Positions 47,558 to 57,518 of a DNA stretch of 64,000 nt are shown here, one piece after another. Both the position numbers and the translations under genes were made by a program. The stretch's first letter is position 1, and each line of letters opens with the position of its first letter. This DNA is from Anaerolineales bacterium (GTDB taxonomy: Bacteria; Chloroflexota; Anaerolineae; Anaerolineales; UBA11579), in the NCBI GenBank assembly GCA_040902205.1, contig JBBDXR010000035.1, forward strand, positions 272-64,271, written 5' to 3'. Below the pieces are notes generated by a model, which made no database searches, was not told the DNA's origin, and worked only from the letters and a program-made list of their open reading frames with translations.

Positions 47558-48280
47558 ATGTTGAAGAAAAGCGTGATTCTTGTCGTACTCGCCACCTTCC
47601 TGCTGGCTGGTTGCAGCGGGGCCTCGGTGGCCTCGTCGGGGGCTTACTCGGCCGGGCTTTCCGTGAATGGGGTGGGCGAGGTTTCCCTGCCTCCCGATGT
47701 GGCCTATGTAACCATCGGCGTGCACACGGAGGCGACTGATGTTTCCGGTGCCGTGTCGCAAAATGCCGACCAGGTAGCCTCCGTCATGGCGGCTTTGGCT
47801 GGCATGGGCGTGGCCCAAGAGGATATGCAGACCTCGAACTTCAGCCTGTACACCGGGCAATCTTATGATCAGTTTACCGGCCAACCCACGGGTCCGCTTT
47901 ACACCGTGGATAACACGGTCAACGTGACCGTGCGCAATCTGGGGAACATGGGCAATCTGTTGGATGGCGCCATCTCCGCCGGGGCCAACTCGATCTGGGG
48001 TGTGCAATTCGATCTGGATGACAAGACTGAAGAGCAGGCTCAGGCCCGCGACTTGGCCGTCGCCGATGCCAAGGCTGAGGCTGAAGCCTTGGCTGCAGCC
48101 GCCGGCGTCACGCTTGGCGAGATCCAGAGCATCTCCTACACCAGCGATAGCTACAATTACTACCCGCAGTACGGATTGGGTGGCGGCGGTGGCGATATGG
48201 GTGGCGGGGCGGCAACGAGCATCGTTCCCGGCCTGATCACCGTGAGCGCACAGGTTTACATTACCTATACCCTTCCATAA
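47558..48280 (+). CDS. SIMPL (DUF541) domain lipoprotein
   Basis: LAGC lipobox; V.G.GEV..PD.A...GV; AV.DAKA.AE.LA.A.GVTLG; PG...VSAQV.ITY. Confidence 0.9.
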   Translation: MLKKSVILVVLATFLLAGCSGASVASSGAYSAGLSVNGVGEVSLPPDVAYVTIGVHTEATDVSGAVSQNADQVASVMAALAGMGVAQEDMQTSNFSLYTGQSYDQFTGQPTGPLYTVDNTVNVTVRNLGNMGNLLDGAISAGANSIWGVQFDLDDKTEEQAQARDLAVADAKAEAEALAAAAGVTLGEIQSISYTSDSYNYYPQYGLGGGGGDMGGGAATSIVPGLITVSAQVYITYTLP

Positions 48281-48294
48281 CCCTGACGATTAAC

Positions 48295-48325
48295 AAAAGA
48301 ACCCCGCCAGGCGCGGGGTTCTTTT
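48295..48325 (+). terminator. Bidirectional intrinsic terminator
   Basis: AAAAGAACCCCGC-CAG-GCGCGGGGTTCTTTT. Confidence 0.8.
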
Positions 48326-48362
48326 GCTTAACACTCCGCAATAAACGATGCAAAACCTAAGA

Positions 48363-48386
48363 TATCTGCAATTGTGGTTGCAGATA
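48363..48386. promoter_or_regulatory. Candidate operator upstream of chrA
   Basis: Perfect TATCTGCAA-N6-TTGCAGATA in an AT-rich promoter region. Confidence 0.5.
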
Positions 48387-48417
48387 ACGATTATCGAAAA
48401 TCTGCTATATTACCGCG

Positions 48418-49533
<1,116 letters not shown>

Positions 49534-49540
49534 TGCGGGA

Positions 49541-50836
49541 TTAAGGGGCTTGCGTACTGGTAGGTTCTGGGCTCGGCGTGACCGTTGGTGTAGGCGTGGG
49601 GCTGGGCGTCAGGGCCGCGTCGGCCGTAGCCGTTAGAATGCCCGGGTCGATCGTAGGCGTGGGGCTCACGGTGGGGGTGGCCGCGCCCTGTCGAGTGAAC
49701 ACAATATTCACCACTTCGCCATAGATGCCCAGGATACCCAGGTCCAGCTCGTTGAGGAATCCACGCAGGGCGGATCCGTTGCCGCTAAGCAGCGTGATCT
49801 GCGTGGCAGCTGCGAACGTGTAGGTTTCCCCGGGCACGGTGCGGCCTTCGAATTCTACGTTGCCGTCGACCGTAATGCGCATCCAGGTGCGTTGCATTGA
49901 AATGAGGCGTAACGAAACGCCGCTCAGATTTCCCACCTGGATCGTGGCTTCCCCTAGTAAGCCCGGCGTTGCACTTTCCTGCTCAAGCAAATTGATCGAG
50001 CCCGGGGTGCCGGGGACACTGGTCTCCGAACCGCCGGACGGCTGTTGCGTGGCAAGCAGCAAGTTGGCCAACGGAGGTGGGGTGGGTTGCGGGGTTTCGC
50101 CGGCGCGCGTTGCGGCGATGCGCCCAATACTCCACACGACAAAAATGAGCAGCAACAGGCCGGTCATCCCGCCGAATAGTAGATCGCGCGACAGCAGGGG
50201 AGAGAGCCAGGCCGGCAGCCGAAATACCATTTTGGGCTGTGTCCTCTTTTTCGCCGGGGTCTCGGCCCGTTTGGCCTCGAAACGTTCCTGCAATCCCCCG
50301 GCGTAGCGCAGCAACAGCTCTTCGCCTGGCAGCCCGAGGAAATCTGCGTAATTGCTTAACAAGCCGCGGGCCTGGGTAGGGGAGGGAAAGCTGTCGAATT
50401 CGCCGCGTTCCAGACGGCTCAATTGGTGTTCAGCAATGCGCGTGCCGGCTTCCGCTTCGGGCAAAGTCAGCTGTAAGCTCTCCCTCCGCTGGCGTAGTTC
50501 CGCGCCGATCGCCGCGAAGGTGGCGGCGTTCGCCTCGACCTTGCTGGGCTGAGAGCCGGCGGCTATGGTCGGTGCGCCCTCCAAGGGCTTTTCCCCATCA
50601 GCCGGCTTGGGCTTGAGCAGCCCAAGCAGTTCGCTAGCGTCGAGGTTCAGGAATTCGGCATAGGTGCGTAGGAAGCCGCGCACTTGGGCGGGCGAAGGCA
50701 GCAGGCCGAATTCGCCTTCCTCCAACGCCAGCAGGTAGTGGCTGCGGATGCGCGTGGCCCGCGCGGCCTCAGCCAGCTCCAGCTTGCGCTGTTCGCGAGC
50801 CTCTCGTAAGCGTTGGCCTACTTCTCTGGCGCTCAT
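49541..50836 (-). CDS. rodZ: RodZ-like protein: two tandem HTH domains, a TM segment and a DUF4115-like domain
   Basis: GQRLREARE...VRGFLRTYAEFL and GAELRQRRE...RGLLSNYADFL; TWMRITVDG, GNGSAL. Confidence 0.82.
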   Translation of the reverse strand: MSAREVGQRLREAREQRKLELAEAARATRIRSHYLLALEEGEFGLLPSPAQVRGFLRTYAEFLNLDASELLGLLKPKPADGEKPLEGAPTIAAGSQPSKVEANAATFAAIGAELRQRRESLQLTLPEAEAGTRIAEHQLSRLERGEFDSFPSPTQARGLLSNYADFLGLPGEELLLRYAGGLQERFEAKRAETPAKKRTQPKMVFRLPAWLSPLLSRDLLFGGMTGLLLLIFVVWSIGRIAATRAGETPQPTPPPLANLLLATQQPSGGSETSVPGTPGSINLLEQESATPGLLGEATIQVGNLSGVSLRLISMQRTWMRITVDGNVEFEGRTVPGETYTFAAATQITLLSGNGSALRGFLNELDLGILGIYGEVVNIVFTRQGAATPTVSPTPTIDPGILTATADAALTPSPTPTPTVTPSPEPTSTQAP

Positions 50837-50924
50837 CTTGGGAAATAAATCAGCCTGCAGCTAGGGTGCGCAGCAGGCTGAACGAAATCGGCGATGGATG
50901 GCTCGCCTGCGCGGCACCCCTCGC

Positions 50925-51527
50925 TTAGCTACTCGCAGGTTCAACTTCCTCGGCTGGCGTAGGCTTTCCCTTTTCCTCGGCCGGCGCGGCGGGCTTTTCC
51001 TCCGCGGGTGCCGCCGGGGCTTGGGCGGCCTCAGCTGCGGCTGCCAATTTCTCCGCAGCAACTTTATAGTTCTCGGGGTTTTCGCCCTCGCGATAGACCA
51101 CGATCTCAAATTGCGGGATGATGTCCATCGTCAGGCGCACCGCGGCTTTGTGCAAGCCCAGCAACCGCAAGGGTTGCGAATGCACCTGGCGTTTGTCCAG
51201 TTTCAAGCCGATCTTCTCATTGAGTTGGTCAACGATCATTTGGGTGGTAACGGAGCCGTACAGCTTGCCGGTTTCGCCGGCGCGGGCCGGGAACAGCAAC
51301 TGGACACCCGTGAACTTCTCCGCCACTTGGCTCATTTCAGCGTTTAGTGTGACGCGGAGTTTGTCCGCCTCGGCGGTGATGCGCTCGACTTGCAGAACCG
51401 CGCCTTTGGTGGCGGGCACGGCCAGCCCCTGGGGGATCAGGAAATTGCGGCCATAACCGCTGGCCACTTTTTTGACCTGGCCGGCTCGGCCGAGTTTGTA
51501 AATGTCTTCCAGCAGCAAAACTTGCAT
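50925..51527 (-). CDS. rplI: 50S ribosomal protein L9 with an Ala/Pro/Glu C-terminal tail
   Basis: MQVLLLEDIYKLGRAGQVKKVASGYGRNFLIPQGLA...GKLYGSVT; true ATG at 51527. Confidence 0.96.
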   Translation of the reverse strand: MQVLLLEDIYKLGRAGQVKKVASGYGRNFLIPQGLAVPATKGAVLQVERITAEADKLRVTLNAEMSQVAEKFTGVQLLFPARAGETGKLYGSVTTQMIVDQLNEKIGLKLDKRQVHSQPLRLLGLHKAAVRLTMDIIPQFEIVVYREGENPENYKVAAEKLAAAAEAAQAPAAPAEEKPAAPAEEKGKPTPAEEVEPASS

Positions 51528-51618
51528 CGAATTCCTCGCTCTCAATTCAGCACGGGCTTGCCCGTACAAAGCAGACAGCATTCTACCAAACGGGGCAGGG
51601 TGCGTCAACGAACGATGA

Positions 51619-52788
51619 TTACGGGGTAGGGGAGGGCGTGGCGGTGGCCACCAGGTTTTGCAACAGCCAACCATCCCGGTCCAGCGCCGGGATATAGACA
51701 TGCAGCCAAAGCTGGCCGCCGGCTTCGCGGGCAGGCTCGGGCAGGATATGCACAATGGTCCCATTGAGCACCGTGGTGAAGGCTTGCCCCGCGGGTTCCT
51801 CGCGCACGAAGGCGCCGCTGCCGTCCTCCACATCAATGATCGCTACGATCGGGGATGGCGTCGGGGTTAGCGTCTGCGTAGGTGTCGGCTGCTGCGTCGG
51901 CGTCGTGGTGCCGGTGCGGCTCGGTGTAGGTGTAAGACTTGGCGTGGCTGTCCAGGTCGCCGTGGGGGTGCGGCTGGGTGTGAGCGTCGCCAGCCCCAAA
52001 TGGGCGCCGAAGACCGCTCCTGCGCCGGTGAAGCCGATAAAGGCCAATAGGCCGATCATCAGCACGGCCGCGCCGATGGAATAGCCGAACACCGTTGGCG
52101 GCCGGAAACCCGCGGCCACCAGCGTTGCCGCCGCGCTGAAAACGGCCGTGGCCAGGTGAATGCCAAATATGACTAAGCCGGCTGGCCAGAGATGCGGCAG
52201 GCCGCTGCCCAGGCCGAAGGCGGCCGCGGCCAACGGAGTGAACAACCCATACGAAAGCGCCAAACTGGGGACCTCCGCGTTCTGCTCGCGGATCAGCGTC
52301 CCGGTGGTCAGGACGCCGGCGATAGCCAGGGTGATCAGCGCCACCCAATAGAATTGCGCGTGCAAGTAAACGAGAGTTAGCGCGCGGGGGCTGGCGCTGG
52401 CCGCCAATCCCGCCAGCCATCCGGCCGCAAAAACCATGGCGCCGGCCAGCAGCAACCCCACCAAGCTGCGCCCAAAATGGCGCGGCGACCCCAGCGAAAC
52501 GCCCAGCGCCGCGCCAACCGCCGGCGCCATCAGCGGCGCAATGAGCGCGCCGAGGATGAGCAAGTATGGGGAATCGAAAAGGAAACCAAGGCCGAGGACC
52601 GCGCCTGAAAACAGCGCGTACAAAAAGAAATCGACGTTGGAAGCCGCGCGGCTCACTACTTGTTCCAGCGCCTGGCTGCGTTCGTCCACGCTTAATGGGC
52701 CGAAGAGGCTGCGCTCGGCGTGTCTGCGCCGTGCCGCGGGAAGCTGCGGGTCGTCGTCCGGTAAGGTGTCTGGTGGTGTCAGATTCAT
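51619..52788 (-). CDS. DUF389-family membrane protein with a Thr/Pro linker and C-terminal SH3-like domain
   Basis: ILGALIAPLM.P..G..LG; TPT repeats; GAFVREEP...WL.V...GW. Confidence 0.8.
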   Translation of the reverse strand: MNLTPPDTLPDDDPQLPAARRRHAERSLFGPLSVDERSQALEQVVSRAASNVDFFLYALFSGAVLGLGFLFDSPYLLILGALIAPLMAPAVGAALGVSLGSPRHFGRSLVGLLLAGAMVFAAGWLAGLAASASPRALTLVYLHAQFYWVALITLAIAGVLTTGTLIREQNAEVPSLALSYGLFTPLAAAAFGLGSGLPHLWPAGLVIFGIHLATAVFSAAATLVAAGFRPPTVFGYSIGAAVLMIGLLAFIGFTGAGAVFGAHLGLATLTPSRTPTATWTATPSLTPTPSRTGTTTPTQQPTPTQTLTPTPSPIVAIIDVEDGSGAFVREEPAGQAFTTVLNGTIVHILPEPAREAGGQLWLHVYIPALDRDGWLLQNLVATATPSPTP

Positions 52789-52860
52789 GTTGAGTTGATG
52801 GAGGTGTGTGCTTACGCGGTATTATACAGGCAGGCCTTAAACAATATTCGCTATTCACAT

Positions 52861-53826
52861 ATGAGAAGCAAACGCGCACTTCTGCCCGCCCTCCTACTCC
52901 TGGCTCTTTTCGCCGCAGCCTGCGGAGGAACACAACCTACACCGTCCCTGGCCCTGCCCTCACCATCGCCCGGCCCGACAGCGGCTTCGCCGCTTCTCGT
53001 TCTCGTAGCGCCACCCCAGGCCGATGCCGCCCTGACCGCCGCGGCCGCTGAACTTGCTTCGGCCTATGCCGCCAATCACCAGCTGCGTTTCGAGCAGCGC
53101 CAACTGCTGGATCCGTCTCAACTGCCCGCGGGTCTGGCCAAGCTGATCCTGCTAGCGCCGGATCCTGGGGTCGCAGGCCTCTCCTCCGTCGCGCCGAATG
53201 TACCGATCGTCACCGTTGGCTTTTCCCCCGAGGGGCAACTAGCAAATGTCATAGCCATTGGATTAGGCGACCTGCAGCCCGAAGCCGCCTTTATCGCCGG
53301 CTACGCCGCTGCTTTAAGTGCGGATGATTGGCGCGCCGGCATGCTTTATACGGCGGCTAGCGCGCACCTGGCGGACGACTTCATTGCTGGGGCCGAGTAC
53401 TTCTGCGGCGCCTGCAATCCGCTGGCGCCCCCCACGGCCGATTACCCACAGGCCGTCCAGGCCGGAGACCCAGCCAATTGGCAGGCGGCCGCCGACCAAC
53501 TGCTGGCGAACCAGATCCATGTGGTGTACCTCTCCCCCGAATTGGAAACCAGTGGCGCGGGTCAATACCTGGCAAGCTTCGGGATCCAGCTGATCGGGAG
53601 CGGTACCCCGCCTGCGGACTTGGCGGTCAACTGGCTTACCAGCATTTCCGCTGACCCCGTAGCGGCGTTGGCCACGCAATTGGAACCGGCTTTGGACGGA
53701 GCTCCTGCCGCGCAAGACTCCTCTTTAGTGCTGACCAATACCATTATCAGTACCGCGCGATTGGCATTCATTCAAAGGGTTATCGATGACCTGATGGCCG
53801 GTTATATCTTGTTGCCTTCGGATTAG
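52861..53826 (+). CDS. Divergent BMP-family-like lipoprotein
   Basis: Lipobox FAAAC; EAAFIAGYAAA resembles the BMP FLAG..A motif; directly upstream of a canonical BMP gene. Confidence 0.7.
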   Translation: MRSKRALLPALLLLALFAAACGGTQPTPSLALPSPSPGPTAASPLLVLVAPPQADAALTAAAAELASAYAANHQLRFEQRQLLDPSQLPAGLAKLILLAPDPGVAGLSSVAPNVPIVTVGFSPEGQLANVIAIGLGDLQPEAAFIAGYAAALSADDWRAGMLYTAASAHLADDFIAGAEYFCGACNPLAPPTADYPQAVQAGDPANWQAAADQLLANQIHVVYLSPELETSGAGQYLASFGIQLIGSGTPPADLAVNWLTSISADPVAALATQLEPALDGAPAAQDSSLVLTNTIISTARLAFIQRVIDDLMAGYILLPSD

Positions 53827-53973
53827 TTCAGGATAAGCTCGTCTAGACCATTTTGCTAGCCTTCTTGATTTGTCAAGCCCTTCATGTTAGACTGCTTGAA
53901 CCCTACATTGGGCGCAAGCCCTTTCTATTGTGGCTGTGCGCCCAACCCTAACCCCTCAGGAGGAAGAAAAGAA

Positions 53974-55140
53974 ATGAGCAAGAAACTGTTTTTGTTGCTC
54001 GCCCTGCTAGTGGTGTCCTCGCTGGTGCTTTCGGCCTGCGGACCGGCAGCCACCACGCAGGCGCCAGCACCGCAGGAGCCGACCGCGGCGCCTGCGGAAC
54101 CCACAGAGGCGCCCCCGGCAGCTCCCGCTGAATGCGCCTACAAGATCGGTTTCATTACCGATGTGGGCAAGCTCAGAGACCAGAGCTTCAATGAAGCGGG
54201 CTGGAACGGCGTCGTGGCCGCAGCCGAAGAATTGGGCTTGGGCGAAGATTGCTACAACTACATCGAAACAGCCGACAGCGCTGACTATACGCCAAACATC
54301 GACTCCTTTATCAGCGAAGGCTACACCATCATCGTGACCTCCGGGTTCGCTTATGGTGCGGCCACTCACCAGGCGGGTATCGATAACCCTGATATCCTCT
54401 TCATCGGCACCGACCAGACTCAGGTGGACGCCAACTTCGCGCCTGAGTTGCTGCCCAATGTGACCGGCCTGATCTTCCATGAAGACGTTTCGGGCTTTCT
54501 GGCCGGAGCGTTGGCCGGTTTGATGACCGAGAGCAACGTGGTGGGCGGCGTATACGGCTGCCCGTTCATCCCCCCGGTCGCTCGCTTTGAGGTTGGTTAC
54601 TACAACGGGGCCAAGTACGTCAACCCTGATGTCGAGGTGTTGGATATCTATCATCCCGGCTCGCTTGACGTCTGTTTCACCGACCCGGCCTGGGCAGCTG
54701 ACACCGTCACCACCTTGCTTGCACAGGGTGTCGATGTGGTCTTTGGCGCTGGCGGCCTGACTGGCAACGGCGGCCTGATCGCGGCCTGTAATGCAGATGT
54801 TAAAGTCGTTGGTGTGGACGTAGATCAATTCATCAGCCTGCCTGAAGTTGAGGATTGCATCATGTCCAGTGCCATGAAGGACTTGACCCAGAAAGTGACG
54901 GAGTTGGTCATTTCCGCTACGGACGGGACCTTCCCCGGCGGGGAGCTATTCGGCCCTGCTGCGCTGGCGCCCTTCCACAATTTCGAGGATGTGATCCCGC
55001 AGGATGTCAAGGATCAATTGCTGGAGATCAATGCAATGATCCAGGCCGGCGAACTCGATCCGTGCGCTCCGTTTGAAGGCTCCAATGAGAGCACTTTCTG
55101 CACTCCGGTCACGGTGACCAGTAATCCGTACGTTCCCTAA
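53974..55140 (+). CDS. BMP-family nucleoside ABC transporter substrate-binding lipoprotein
   Basis: LSAC lipobox; TDVGKLRDQSFN, GFLAGALAG, GVDVVFGAGG.TG.G, VGVDVDQ, SSAMK. Confidence 0.93.
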   Translation: MSKKLFLLLALLVVSSLVLSACGPAATTQAPAPQEPTAAPAEPTEAPPAAPAECAYKIGFITDVGKLRDQSFNEAGWNGVVAAAEELGLGEDCYNYIETADSADYTPNIDSFISEGYTIIVTSGFAYGAATHQAGIDNPDILFIGTDQTQVDANFAPELLPNVTGLIFHEDVSGFLAGALAGLMTESNVVGGVYGCPFIPPVARFEVGYYNGAKYVNPDVEVLDIYHPGSLDVCFTDPAWAADTVTTLLAQGVDVVFGAGGLTGNGGLIAACNADVKVVGVDVDQFISLPEVEDCIMSSAMKDLTQKVTELVISATDGTFPGGELFGPAALAPFHNFEDVIPQDVKDQLLEINAMIQAGELDPCAPFEGSNESTFCTPVTVTSNPYVP

Positions 55141-55174
55141 ATAAGGGCCTTATGTAGTTGAGTAAGAGATTCTA

Positions 55175-55225
55175 AAATCACTGGAGAGCGGCCATGTAGT
55201 TGGCCGCTCTCCCTGATTTTTTTAT
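55175..55225 (+). terminator. Intra-operonic hairpin/terminator after the substrate-binding protein gene
   Basis: GGAGAGCGGCCA-TGTAGT-TGGCCGCTCTCC followed by a T-rich tract. Confidence 0.75.
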
Positions 55226-55252
55226 GTATGACGCAATCGCAGTCTTGAGCCC

Positions 55253-56377
55253 ATGAATAATTTCTTCGAACGCGCTCGCAAAGTTGGGTCCAATGTGAAT
55301 CTGGGCCAAATGGCGGTCCCTTTGCTGGCCATTATCACCGCCATGCTTATTTCCAGTTTGGTGATCCTCATCTCCGGTGCGGATCCCGTCAAAGCATTTA
55401 GCGCCCTTGCCGAAGGGGCCCTCGGTTCTCAAGTGGCCATTGTCGAGACCTTGATCAAGGCAACTCCGTTCTTGCTGGTCGGCTTGGGCATTGCCGTAGC
55501 TTTCCGCGGGGGTCTGTTCAACATCGGCGTAGAAGGCCAGTTGTTTGTCGGCTCGGCCATAACCGTCATAATTGGATACAGCGTCCAGCTTCCTTTTTTC
55601 CTACATCTGCCCTTGGCCTTGCTCGGCGGAATGATCGGAGGCGCTATTTGGGCTGGCATTCCAGGTTGGCTCAAGGCCCGGTACGGCGCTCACGAAGTGA
55701 TCACCACCATCATGTTCAACTATATGGCCTTGCGCGTGATCAATTGGGCCATTGGTACGGATGGACCCATGCGTGCCCCGCGCACAACAGTGCCCGAAAC
55801 CTCCGCTGTATTTGAAAGCGCTCGTCTTCCTATATTGCTGGCTGACTCGCGCTTGCACGCCGGAGTGCTGATCGCCATCGCCATGGCCTTCGTGGTCTAT
55901 TGGCTGTTATGGAAGACCAAAATAGGTTTCGAGATCCGCACGGTAGGAGCCAATCCACATGCCGCGCGGTATGCCGGCATCAATGTTCCGTTCAATACGG
56001 TGCTCACAATGGCCATCAGCGGCGCCCTGGCGGGATTGGCCGGCGGCATCCAGGTGCTCGGGCTCGCTCCCTATAATTTCACCACCGGATTCAACGTGGG
56101 CCTGGGTTTCGATAGCATCGCCGTGGCCGTGCTGGGTGCCATCCACCCGGTTGGCATCGCCCTTGCTTCGCTGCTCTTCGGCGCCATGGATGCTGGCGCT
56201 CGTTTGATGCAATTGCGTACAAGGGTGCCCGCCGATGTGATCACCATCACCCAGGGGCTCATCCTGGCCTTCGTGGCCGCGGATCAAATTATTCGCGGGC
56301 TCTATCGCATTCGAGTTAAGGCAGCCCATCCGGAAAAGAAGATCAGCCTTAGCGAAACCTGGGGCGGAGGAGATTAA
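55253..56377 (+). CDS. Nucleoside ABC transporter permease 1
   Basis: GLFNIGVEGQ, HEVITTIMFNY, GFEIRTVGANPHAARYAGI, GFDSIAVAVLG. Confidence 0.93.
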   Translation: MNNFFERARKVGSNVNLGQMAVPLLAIITAMLISSLVILISGADPVKAFSALAEGALGSQVAIVETLIKATPFLLVGLGIAVAFRGGLFNIGVEGQLFVGSAITVIIGYSVQLPFFLHLPLALLGGMIGGAIWAGIPGWLKARYGAHEVITTIMFNYMALRVINWAIGTDGPMRAPRTTVPETSAVFESARLPILLADSRLHAGVLIAIAMAFVVYWLLWKTKIGFEIRTVGANPHAARYAGINVPFNTVLTMAISGALAGLAGGIQVLGLAPYNFTTGFNVGLGFDSIAVAVLGAIHPVGIALASLLFGAMDAGARLMQLRTRVPADVITITQGLILAFVAADQIIRGLYRIRVKAAHPEKKISLSETWGGGD

Positions 56378-56380
56378 CTT

Positions 56381-57517
56381 ATGGACCTCTTCTTCTTTGC
56401 CGGTTTAATTAGCTTGGCCCTGATTAAAGCCACACCCATCGCTTTTGGCGCTATGGCCGGGCTCATGTCGGAACGCTCCGGCGTAATTAACATCGCCATC
56501 GAAGGCATGATGCTTATCGGAGCCATGATGTCCTTCTTGGGCTCTGTTCTTTTCGACCAGTGGACCGGAGGTGCCTTTCCGAAGGAAGTGAGCCTGGTTG
56601 CGGGCCTGGTTGTGGCCATGCTAAGCGGTGCACTCATCGCCTTGCTCCATGCCTGGCTTTCCATTCGCTATAAAGTCGACCAGATCATCAGCGGCACGGT
56701 GATCAACTTGCTCGCTTTTGGCATTACCAATTTCACCGCCAATGCCTATATCGATGCGGAGCGGCTCTCGGGTGTGGGTATTTTCCCTCACATCAATATC
56801 CCGCTTCTGTCCGATCTTCCCATTATCGGGGACATCTTCTTCAAACATCAGCCGCTTGTTTACATCATGCTGATCATGGTTGGCGTTCTGCAGTATGCGC
56901 TGTTCCGTACTCGCTGGGGTTTGCGCACCCGCGCGGTCGGCGAGCATCCCCGCGCCGCGGATACGGTGGGCATCAACGTGAATCGTACGCGCTACATCAA
57001 CGTCGTCATCGGCGGCGCGTTGGCTGGGATGGGCGGAGCCTTCCTGGTACTGGAGAGCGTTGGGCGCTTCCAGAAACTGATGACCACCGGGCGCGGTTTT
57101 ATCGCATTGGCGGCCTTGATTTTTGGCAAGTGGACCTCGGTTGGCGCTTTGGGGTCGGCGCTCTTGTTTGGTTTCGCCGAAGCCCTAGGTGTCCGCCTGC
57201 AACTTGGGGATATCAATGAACTGGAGGCCTTAGCCTTTTTAATCGGCATTGGGATCAGCTTACTCGCCTTGGTCTGGGTTGTTATTAAGTTGATCAAGCG
57301 TTCACGGGATAAACGCCCCGTGCCTTTGATCGCTATCGCCGGGGGTGCCGGTCTCTTGTTCATCGTGCTGGCCTTGACTGTGGATTTTCCCAACATTCAG
57401 ATCCCTATTCAGTTCCTGGGCCTGCTGCCTTACTTTGCCACTGTGCTTGTCCTGGCCGGCTTTGTGGGCCGCGCAGTCGCTCCGGCCGCGGTGGGCAAGC
57501 CCTACGAGAGGGGCTAG
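56381..57517 (+). CDS. Nucleoside ABC transporter permease 2
   Basis: SERSGVINIAIEGMML, GLRTRAVGEHPRAADTVGINV, GRGFIALAALIFGKW. Confidence 0.93.
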   Translation: MDLFFFAGLISLALIKATPIAFGAMAGLMSERSGVINIAIEGMMLIGAMMSFLGSVLFDQWTGGAFPKEVSLVAGLVVAMLSGALIALLHAWLSIRYKVDQIISGTVINLLAFGITNFTANAYIDAERLSGVGIFPHINIPLLSDLPIIGDIFFKHQPLVYIMLIMVGVLQYALFRTRWGLRTRAVGEHPRAADTVGINVNRTRYINVVIGGALAGMGGAFLVLESVGRFQKLMTTGRGFIALAALIFGKWTSVGALGSALLFGFAEALGVRLQLGDINELEALAFLIGIGISLLALVWVVIKLIKRSRDKRPVPLIAIAGGAGLLFIVLALTVDFPNIQIPIQFLGLLPYFATVLVLAGFVGRAVAPAAVGKPYERG

Positions 57518-57518
57518 C

